Assembly (NCBI GenBank): GCA_934162325.1
Contig: CAKPIH010000002.1
Span: 1 to 60,987, forward strand
Reading direction: 5' to 3'
Origin: an uncultured Bacilli bacterium
GTDB lineage: Bacteria > Bacillota_I > Bacilli_A > RF39 > UBA660
Length of the DNA stretch: 60,987 nt
Shown here: positions 48,304-55,587 of the stretch, piece after piece
How the letters are laid out: every line of letters begins with the position of its first letter
Position numbering within the stretch: position 1 is the first letter of the stretch
Translations under genes and position numbers: made by a program
The notes under the pieces: model-generated
What the model was told of the DNA's origin: nothing
What the model saw: only the letters and a program-made list of their open reading frames with translations
The model's database searches: none

Positions 48304-49032
48304 ATGAATAAAAAAGAAGAATATCAAGAAATATATATAAATTTAGATGATTCAGGTAAATTAACAAAAAAAGAAAAGGTATCAGTATATGCAGGAATAG
48401 TCTTTTTATCAAAACAAGAAAAAGATAAATTTATAACTCAGTATCGCAAAATAATAAATGAGATAAAATGTTCTTACTGTGACCAAACAAAAGGAGAATG
48501 TACTAAAAAATGTAAAGAAATAAAAAATACTAATATCAAGAAAGGCCATAAAAGAAGGATTATGAACTACATAAGTAAATATTATACTATTGCCCTAGTA
48601 ATAAATAATACAAAAGTATATGATCATATTATAAATAATAAAGCCTCAAAAGGAAGATATATAGATTATACAATAAGAAGACTAATAAAAAGTACAATAG
48701 AAGAATTAATAAAAAATAAAAAAATAGACCCACATAAAAATGTAAGGCTAATAATAAATATAGATGAGCAATCTACTAAAAGTAATGGTTATTATAATTT
48801 AAAAGATGGTCTAACTGAAGAATTACTACATGGAATATCTAATTTTAATTATGATATAACATATAAAAATATATTATATGGAAAATTAGAAATAAGATTA
48901 ACATACCAAGACTCAGGTAAGAGTTATTTAGTGCAGGCAGCAGATTTAATAGCAGGTACTACTAGAGGAAGAGCATTATCAGATATTAATACCAATATTG
49001 ATATTATCGATCATAAACTATTATTCCCATAA
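48304..49032 (+). CDS. DUF3800-like protein
   Basis: Start at MNKKEEYQEIYINLDDSGK behind AAGGGAG. N-terminal IYIxxDDSG and C-terminal VQAADLIAG are the two motifs I associate with DUF3800. Confidence 0.5.
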   Translation: MNKKEEYQEIYINLDDSGKLTKKEKVSVYAGIVFLSKQEKDKFITQYRKIINEIKCSYCDQTKGECTKKCKEIKNTNIKKGHKRRIMNYISKYYTIALVINNTKVYDHIINNKASKGRYIDYTIRRLIKSTIEELIKNKKIDPHKNVRLIINIDEQSTKSNGYYNLKDGLTEELLHGISNFNYDITYKNILYGKLEIRLTYQDSGKSYLVQAADLIAGTTRGRALSDINTNIDIIDHKLLFP

Positions 49033-49242
49033 AAAGAAAAGAGACTATCTAGTAGTCTCTCCCCAACTCAAGCGGTGTACTTAACATACACTTAATTTAA
49101 TAAAATCGACATTGAGCTATCGACCTGACGAGATTTCTCTCCGGTAATACAATAATACTATAACTATCATAAAAAGTCAAGTATATTGCACTATTATTAT
49201 ACTCAAAATAACAAAAAATATACCAATAATAAACTACTTTAA

Positions 49243-49341
49243 GTATATATTTTGTGCTTATATATAATAAGTATGGTTGATACTTATTTGGAGACCAACT
49301 AGGCTCCAAATAACACTAGCAAGACAAATGGCTTGCAGTGC
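49243..49341 (+). repeat. hairpin-repeat family, right-arm copy
   Basis: GTATATATTTTGTGCTTATATATAATAAGTATGGTTGATA box, then hairpins TTATTTGGAGAC..GGCTCCAAATAA and CACTAGCAAGAC..GGCTTGCAGTG. Confidence 0.7.
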
Positions 49342-49471
49342 TAAAACAATTGACAAAAGTAAAAAAATGAGATGTGGGTGTGAGTTTTTGTCGTGCCTAC
49401 ATCTCTATATATAAATAGAAGTTATATGGATGCAATATATTCATATAACTTTTTTTGATGGGAGGAATACT

Positions 49472-49825
49472 ATGATAGATATAAATATAAGTAAAGTATG
49501 TAAGTCATTTGGTTTTGACTTAGTATTAAATAATATAGATATAACAGTACAAAAAGGAGAAAAAGTAAGATTAAAAATATTCTGTCTAATTCAAGATTCT
49601 TATAACTTCTTAATCCTAGATGAACCCACTAATCACATTGATATTGATACAAGAGAAATGCTTGAAGAGTCACTAAAGGAGTTTACTGGTACTATATTAT
49701 TTGTATCTCATGACAGATATTTCATAAATAAAATAGCTACTAGTATAATAGAAATAAAAAATAAAAACATCACTAAATATATTGGTAATTATGATGATTA
49801 TCGTGAGAAAATAAACAAAATATGA
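49472..49825 (+). pseudogene. ABC-F/ABC ATPase remnant with internal deletion and C-terminal truncation
   Basis: The reading frame joins the pre-Walker-A strand (ITVQKGEKV) directly to the Walker B region (LILDEPTNHID, FVSHDRYF). Walker A, Q-loop, signature and the second ABC domain are absent. Confidence 0.6.
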
Positions 49826-49846
49826 TATAATTAAATAGGAGGAAAT

Positions 49847-50596
49847 ATGAATAACATACCAAAATTAAAATTTAAATATTTAACCCTTGAAGAAACATCT
49901 GACATACTATCATGGACACTTAAAGATACTGATAATATATTATCAGTAAAAGAAGGAACATTATTCCTATATCCAGAATTAAAAAGACTTACCAAAGAAG
50001 ATAATATCAAAGACATAATTCAAGATAGATATAATAACTTTATAAAAGAAAATAATAACTTGAGAGAAGAATATACCACTATCTGGAATGAATACAATGA
50101 TAAATATATGCTAGAAATAAGTAATTACTTTAATATAAAATGGCCGAAAGATTATAAAGAAATAATCGTGGAAATAGGTCTAATACCAGTATGCCCTAGA
50201 TATATTAAAGAAAAAGCCTTTGATATTCATAAGAAAAGTAAAGAAGATTTAATAGATACCTGTATGCATGAGTTATGTCATTTTCTTTTCTTTGAGAAAT
50301 GTAAAGAAATATATCCAAATTGGAAGTATGAAGATTTTGATAGTCCAAGTTTGTTATGGTACTTAAGTGAAATAGTCATAGACCCAATACTAAATAGTGA
50401 CGTCATACAAAAAATATATAAACATAAGTTTAAATGCTATGATATCTTTTATAATATAGAAATAGATAATATAAACTTATTAAATAAAATAACAAGCATA
50501 TATAAAAATAATAGTATAGAGACCGCTATTAAAGAAAGTTATAACTATTTAAAAGAACATGAAGAAGAGTTTATAAGAAAATGTAATAATAAATAA
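49847..50596 (+). CDS. hypothetical HExxH protein
   Basis: 249 aa. SD AGGAGGA. The only motif is CMHELCHFLFFEK. Confidence 0.4.
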   Translation: MNNIPKLKFKYLTLEETSDILSWTLKDTDNILSVKEGTLFLYPELKRLTKEDNIKDIIQDRYNNFIKENNNLREEYTTIWNEYNDKYMLEISNYFNIKWPKDYKEIIVEIGLIPVCPRYIKEKAFDIHKKSKEDLIDTCMHELCHFLFFEKCKEIYPNWKYEDFDSPSLLWYLSEIVIDPILNSDVIQKIYKHKFKCYDIFYNIEIDNINLLNKITSIYKNNSIETAIKESYNYLKEHEEEFIRKCNNK

Positions 50597-50708
50597 CTTA
50601 TCCACAGAAACTGTTGACAGATGAGTGTCAAGGTTTTTCTTTTTACAAAAATATTGTCAAATTAATAAAAATATTGTACAATAATGTCAGATTTAGAGGA
50701 GGTATACA

Positions 50709-51263
50709 ATGAAAATAGAAAATATAAAATCACCAGAAGATATACTAGAATATATGAAAGAAAACATAAAGTATGGTTGGCTAGATATAAATAATGAAGA
50801 ACATATCGGAAATATGAAAAACTTTCGAAGATTATATAGAACAATGACCATTGAAGAAACCATATCTCACGGAATTGGAACATGTATTGAGCAGGTAAAT
50901 CTAATAAGCAAGTTATTAAATAAATTAAATATACCAAATAAAATGTTCTGTACTAGAATATATGAAGAGAATAACTTTAATGACTTAGAAGCTGAAGAAC
51001 ATATGCATTGCTTTGTACTATATTATCTAAACAATAAAGTATACCAAATAGAACATCCTAATTGGATGAGAATAGGAATATATGAGTTTGCTAGTGAAGA
51101 AACCGCTATTAAAGAAATAAATGATTATTATATAGAAATGGCTGAAGGTATGCCAAGACCATTAACAGAGTACTATGAAGTAACACCAAATATATCATTT
51201 AAAGAATTTAATAACTATATTAATAGTCTAGATACAAAATCAAAAACACCTACTATCAAATAA
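50709..51263 (+). CDS. transglutaminase-like / papain-fold hypothetical protein
   Basis: 184 aa. HGIGTCIEQVNLISKLL (Cys) and HMHCFVLYYLNNKVYQIEHPN (His, acidic residue) fall in transglutaminase-core order. Confidence 0.4.
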   Translation: MKIENIKSPEDILEYMKENIKYGWLDINNEEHIGNMKNFRRLYRTMTIEETISHGIGTCIEQVNLISKLLNKLNIPNKMFCTRIYEENNFNDLEAEEHMHCFVLYYLNNKVYQIEHPNWMRIGIYEFASEETAIKEINDYYIEMAEGMPRPLTEYYEVTPNISFKEFNNYINSLDTKSKTPTIK

Positions 51264-51310
51264 ATTAAATTCTATGCTATAATAGAACTATCAAAAAGAA
51301 GGAGATAAAA

Positions 51311-51625
51311 ATGAAAGAAGTAACCAAAGAAATATTAAAATTCAATGCAGAAAGAGACTGGGACCAATTCCATTCACCAGAAAACTTAGCCAAAAGCATA
51401 TGCATAGAATCAGGAGAACTATTAGAATGCTTCCAGTGGAATAGTGAGTATAATATTGAAGAAGTAAAATCAGAATTAGCAGATGTCATAAACTATGCCC
51501 TTTTACTAGCGGATAAATTAGGCGCAGACCCAGAACAAATAGTTCTAGATAAAATGAAAGAAACCGCTAAAAAATATCCCGTTGAAAAAGCCAAAGGAAA
51601 AAGTACAAAATATAACAAGTTATAG
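51311..51625 (+). CDS. MazG-like all-alpha nucleoside triphosphate pyrophosphohydrolase
   Basis: 104 aa with ERDWDQFHSPENLAKSICIESGELLECFQW and ELADVINYALLLADKLG motifs. Confidence 0.75.
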   Translation: MKEVTKEILKFNAERDWDQFHSPENLAKSICIESGELLECFQWNSEYNIEEVKSELADVINYALLLADKLGADPEQIVLDKMKETAKKYPVEKAKGKSTKYNKL

Positions 51626-51637
51626 GAGGATCAAAAG

Positions 51638-53422
51638 ATGTCTATAGGTAGTCCAATAGTAGTAGAAATAGATGATAATAAGAAAGCACTAGATAAATTT
51701 TATAATTCTTTAAAAGAAGATACCAAAGAAAATAGGATAATAAAAAGTTACCCTACAGTATACATACATGCTTGGAAAACAGGAGATAAATATGAAGTAT
51801 ATGTAGGAGAATCAAATGACTTCTATCGTAGAACAGAAGAACATTATAATCAAAAAAATAATCCAAAGGCTTGGGAAAGCAAATTAACAGAAGAAAACTC
51901 CAAACTATACATAATCGCCCATCCCAATTTTAATAAATCATTAACACTAGATATAGAAAATAGACTATACCTTTATTTAAGTAGTTCCCAAAGCGTATCA
52001 AAAGCTCATAATAGTAAAGAAAATCCCCAAAATGATTATTATTTACACGAAATATTAGATGAAATATTTTCCAAGATATGGAGAAAACTAAGAAATATCA
52101 ATGAAGAACTATTCCTATCAGAAGGAGAAATAAAAGCATCCCATATCTTCAAAGCATCACCATTACATAAACTAAATAATGAGCAGTTAGAAGCCAAAGA
52201 ACTAGTACTAAGTAAAATAGCAAATTCTGCACAAAACTCAAGTGAAAATAATCAATTAATCTGGGTAGAAGGCATTTGGGGAACAGGAAAAACAGTCTTA
52301 ATAAGCAGTATCTTTTATGAAGCCATAATAAGAGCCAATAAAGATTTAAATGATGAAAATTCAAAGAAGAAAAAACTAGATATAGCGGTCATTGTCAATA
52401 ACAAAGAACAATTAAAACTTTATAAAGAGATAGCTAAGAAGTTATGCTTAGTAACAAATAAAGAAAAAGTAGTTTTTAACCCCAATAATTTTATTAATCA
52501 GTTTGTAGATAAGAAAAATTCTCCTAAAAAGAGAACCAAACCATATGATATCGTATTAGTAGATGAAGCTCATTTACTCCTAACAAGAAAAACACAAGCT
52601 TTTAATGGAGAGCAAGGTCAATTAGCAGAAATAATGAAATATGGAAAAGTAGTAGTGGCCATGTTTCATAGAAAACAGATAATGAATGCAGAGCAATATC
52701 TAAGTAAAGAAGAAATAGATAACTATGAAAATACCGCTAAAAGAGAAGGAAATTATATAAAGCTTACTAAGCAAATGAGAATGAATGCTAATCCAGAAAT
52801 AATAGATTGGATAGAAGACTTTTGTATATTAGGAAAATTAAAGCCATTAACAAAAAATAGAGGAAATTATGAAATAAGAGTATTTGATTCACCTAAGTTA
52901 TTAGAAAAAGCTATTAAAGAAAAAGCCAAAAAAGAAGATACAAAACTATCTCGTTTAATAGCAACCTACGATTGGGAATATAAAGAAAATAGACAACCAA
53001 AGAATGAAAAATATTGGTGTGTAAAAATAGATGATTGGTGTAAACCATGGAATTACCAATTAGAAAAAGATATTCAGAAAAATAAAAAAGCCAAAGATAG
53101 AGATTTATCTTGGGTAGAACAACCACTTACAATAGATGAAGTAGGATCAATATATACAATTCATGGTTTTGATTTAAATTATGCTGGTGTAATTATAGGA
53201 CCATCAGTAAAGTTTAGAAATAATGAAGTCGTATTCGATCCAAAGAGTAGTAAGAATAATAAAGCTACTCAAAATAGAACTTTAAAAGATGGTAGTAAAG
53301 AAAACTTTGCTGAAGACTTTCTATCAAATGAGTTAGGAGTATTATTAACTCGAGGAATAAATGGAATATATATCTATGCTTGTGATGAAGAATTAAGAAA
53401 TGAATTAAAGAGATATGTTTAG
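51638..53422 (+). CDS. GIY-YIG nuclease domain fused to a DUF2075/Schlafen-type SF1 helicase-like ATPase
   Basis: N-terminus TVYIHAW..YEVYVGESNDFYRRTEEHY (GIY..YIG..R..E). Walker A GIWGTGKT, Walker B DIVLVDEAHLL, C-terminal IHGFDLNYAGVIIG and LLTRGINGIYIY. Confidence 0.6.
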   Translation: MSIGSPIVVEIDDNKKALDKFYNSLKEDTKENRIIKSYPTVYIHAWKTGDKYEVYVGESNDFYRRTEEHYNQKNNPKAWESKLTEENSKLYIIAHPNFNKSLTLDIENRLYLYLSSSQSVSKAHNSKENPQNDYYLHEILDEIFSKIWRKLRNINEELFLSEGEIKASHIFKASPLHKLNNEQLEAKELVLSKIANSAQNSSENNQLIWVEGIWGTGKTVLISSIFYEAIIRANKDLNDENSKKKKLDIAVIVNNKEQLKLYKEIAKKLCLVTNKEKVVFNPNNFINQFVDKKNSPKKRTKPYDIVLVDEAHLLLTRKTQAFNGEQGQLAEIMKYGKVVVAMFHRKQIMNAEQYLSKEEIDNYENTAKREGNYIKLTKQMRMNANPEIIDWIEDFCILGKLKPLTKNRGNYEIRVFDSPKLLEKAIKEKAKKEDTKLSRLIATYDWEYKENRQPKNEKYWCVKIDDWCKPWNYQLEKDIQKNKKAKDRDLSWVEQPLTIDEVGSIYTIHGFDLNYAGVIIGPSVKFRNNEVVFDPKSSKNNKATQNRTLKDGSKENFAEDFLSNELGVLLTRGINGIYIYACDEELRNELKRYV

Positions 53423-53428
53423 AATATT

Positions 53429-53452
53429 AATGCCACTTTGTTGGCATTTTTA
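53429..53452 (+). terminator. intrinsic terminator after the DUF2075 gene
   Basis: AATGCCA-ctttgt-TGGCATT followed by a T-tract. Confidence 0.65.
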
Positions 53453-53460
53453 TATTATTA

Positions 53461-53565
53461 TTCACTCTAAGCCTTACAATGTAAGTCTTATGAGTGTTGT
53501 TATTAGCCTAGGGTCTAATAACAATATGCCATTGCATCTATTATATATAAGCAATAGGTATATAC
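53461..53565 (-). repeat. hairpin-repeat family, right-arm copy in inverted orientation
   Basis: The reverse complement reads GTATATACCTATTGCTTATATATAATAGATGCAATGGCATA.., then hairpins TTGTTATTAGACCCTAGGCTAATAACAA and CACTCATAAGAC..GGCTTAGAGTG. Confidence 0.7.
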
Positions 53566-53778
53566 TAAGATATTATTTTAGCATAAAGAAGTAACTATTA
53601 ATTAAATAGCACTGATGATGATATGGATAAATAAAAATACAATTGTTGCGTTTAAGTATAATGTAATAATAGAAATTAATTTTATGTATGAAAATAGGAA
53701 TTCAGTTAGAAATTATTATGGAAGGAATGTAAAAAAATAGTTTTTGGTGATATAATATTTCATCAAAGGAGAGGTATT

Positions 53779-54129
53779 ATGAAAGAATTTTATGAAAATG
53801 TGATAAAACCAATTTTAATCAATGAAATTGTAGTAAATTGGATTGCCTCAATAATTACAGGAATATTAGTTATAGCAATACCAACAACAGTTCTGAAATT
53901 TTTTCGTTTCAGAAAAGATATTGAAAAGATTAATAATATAAATGATAGATTTATTAATTCGATTAGACCTTACATAATAGAAAAAATCAAGATATCTTCT
54001 AATCTTATCATTGACATAAGAAGAACAATAATAATGGATTCTGATATTAAGGAAAGATTTGCTCTTTCCAAAATAGATTTAAGAAATAAATTAATAATGA
54101 ATATAAATGAGAGTAAATATATTGATTAA
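53779..54129 (+). CDS. TM-anchored hypothetical protein (possibly the 5' part of a disrupted longer gene)
   Basis: 116 aa with SD AAAGGAGAGG. After the TAA stop, coding-like sequence continues in frame for about 50 codons; a further frame-shifted ORF is 54279-54467. Confidence 0.35.
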   Translation: MKEFYENVIKPILINEIVVNWIASIITGILVIAIPTTVLKFFRFRKDIEKINNINDRFINSIRPYIIEKIKISSNLIIDIRRTIIMDSDIKERFALSKIDLRNKLIMNINESKYID

Positions 54130-54715
54130 GTTAATAAAAAGGAATTAATAGATTTTACATATGAAATATTTAAAGATTTTAAAAAGAAAAATGGGTTAAT
54201 TGATAACAAAGAAATTAACGTAAGAGAAAGAAAAGTTAATATCTTAGATAATTTTGTTAAAAATCAATTATTTTACTTTTGATTTCACAAATAATGATTG
54301 TTTTAACATTATTTTTTGATAAAAGCGGAGAAAACCAGAAGATAACTTTGCTATATTATTACCTTTGGTTTTGGGAACATTTTTTATTTAGCTTTTTATT
54401 AGATTTTATTTTTAAAACATTAAGAAGCGATGTTTCTGAAAACAAAAAAATATCCTCAGATTATTAGAAAATCATTTATAAATTAATGTTAGATAAAACT
54501 TTGAAAAAAAGACAAGAAAAAAAGAATGGTGATAATAAGATTAAATAAATTATTTAACAGTGGTAACTAAAATTCAGAGGTGGAGAGTTCAGTTATCTAT
54601 ACAAAAAATTGATTGGGTACTAAAGCATTAAAATTTAAAAAAAGTAAAAAAATGATACAAAAATCTATTTTTGACTATTAAATATTAAAAAAAATATAAA
54701 AATTCGGGAAATATA

Positions 54716-54779
54716 TGGTATAATTATTACATTGATAAGCAGTATTTAATCTTTTTAAGATGGATACTGTTTATTTTTT
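54716..54779 (+). promoter_or_regulatory. extended -10 promoter plus terminator-like leader hairpin upstream of hamA-like gene
   Basis: TGGTATAAT at 54716-54724. The AAGCAGTAT / ATACTGTTT stem (54737-54772) is followed by ATTTTTT, about 20 nt before the start codon. Confidence 0.45.
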
Positions 54780-54798
54780 GTAGTATGGAAGTGGTTAT

Positions 54799-55587
54799 AT
54801 GAAGTATAAATTATTGGATCTAGAATTGAATGTTGAGGCTTGCTTTGTTTATATTGATGAATATGATGATAATCTAAAAAAATTCATTGATGATAATTTT
54901 TTAGAAATAATTAAGGGTAAAATGATTGCAGAGAGAGAAACAACTGATACTATTAGGGATACTATAAAAGATGCTGCAAAATATATTTTGAAAAAAGACA
55001 AGACATCTACTGCAAAGGTAGGAATAATTGGGGAATTTCTATTTCATTGTTTTATGAGATTAGAAGAAGTGTCTTTTAAATTTCTTTCTTGCTGTCCAAC
55101 AATAGGTTATAGTGATACATATCAGGGATTTTTTAAAGGATTTGATGGTTGCTATTATTCCCAGAATGAAATTTGGATAACGGAAGTGAAATCAAAGGAA
55201 AAATGTACAGATTTAGATAAAGACAATCGTGCTAAATTGATAGTTGCTGCTAATCAAATAGAAAATGAGGTTAATGATGAAGATATAAATAGATGGGAAA
55301 AAACTAAAGGATATGTACACAATCAATTAACTAATAATGAATTAGATGATACTAACATACATAAATTGTTATCAAAAGCAAAACAAACTAATTACAACAA
55401 AATTTTAGGTACAATGATAATATGTAGTAATAATGAATTTGATGTGGATTATATAAAAAAATATTTAAAAAAATTGAAAGATCAAAATATCCCTGAACAA
55501 AAAATATTTATTATGTGTATAAGAAACTATGATTATAATATTTTATATAATTATATTTTGATGAAGTATGGTGATTCAAATGAATGA
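54799..55587 (+). CDS. hamA: HamA-like (DUF1837-type) PD-(D/E)xK effector of a Hachiman-like system
   Basis: 262 aa with GIIGEFLFHCF, then FDGCYY and EIWITEVKSK (E..D..ExK nuclease-like arrangement). Overlaps the downstream helicase gene. Confidence 0.55.
   Translation: MKYKLLDLELNVEACFVYIDEYDDNLKKFIDDNFLEIIKGKMIAERETTDTIRDTIKDAAKYILKKDKTSTAKVGIIGEFLFHCFMRLEEVSFKFLSCCPTIGYSDTYQGFFKGFDGCYYSQNEIWITEVKSKEKCTDLDKDNRAKLIVAANQIENEVNDEDINRWEKTKGYVHNQLTNNELDDTNIHKLLSKAKQTNYNKILGTMIICSNNEFDVDYIKKYLKKLKDQNIPEQKIFIMCIRNYDYNILYNYILMKYGDSNE

Noticed and set aside
48082-48327. 81-aa minus-strand ORF
   Set aside because: It is built from the hairpin-repeat copy and the promoter region of the DUF3800 gene, and it has no SD.
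49097-49309. 70-aa minus-strand ORF, and a tRNA-like TAGCTCAATG segment near 49110-49125
   Set aside because: The ORF spans a repeat copy and has no SD. The tRNA-like segment has no acceptor stem, anticodon arm or T-loop (GTTCGAAT-type) around it.
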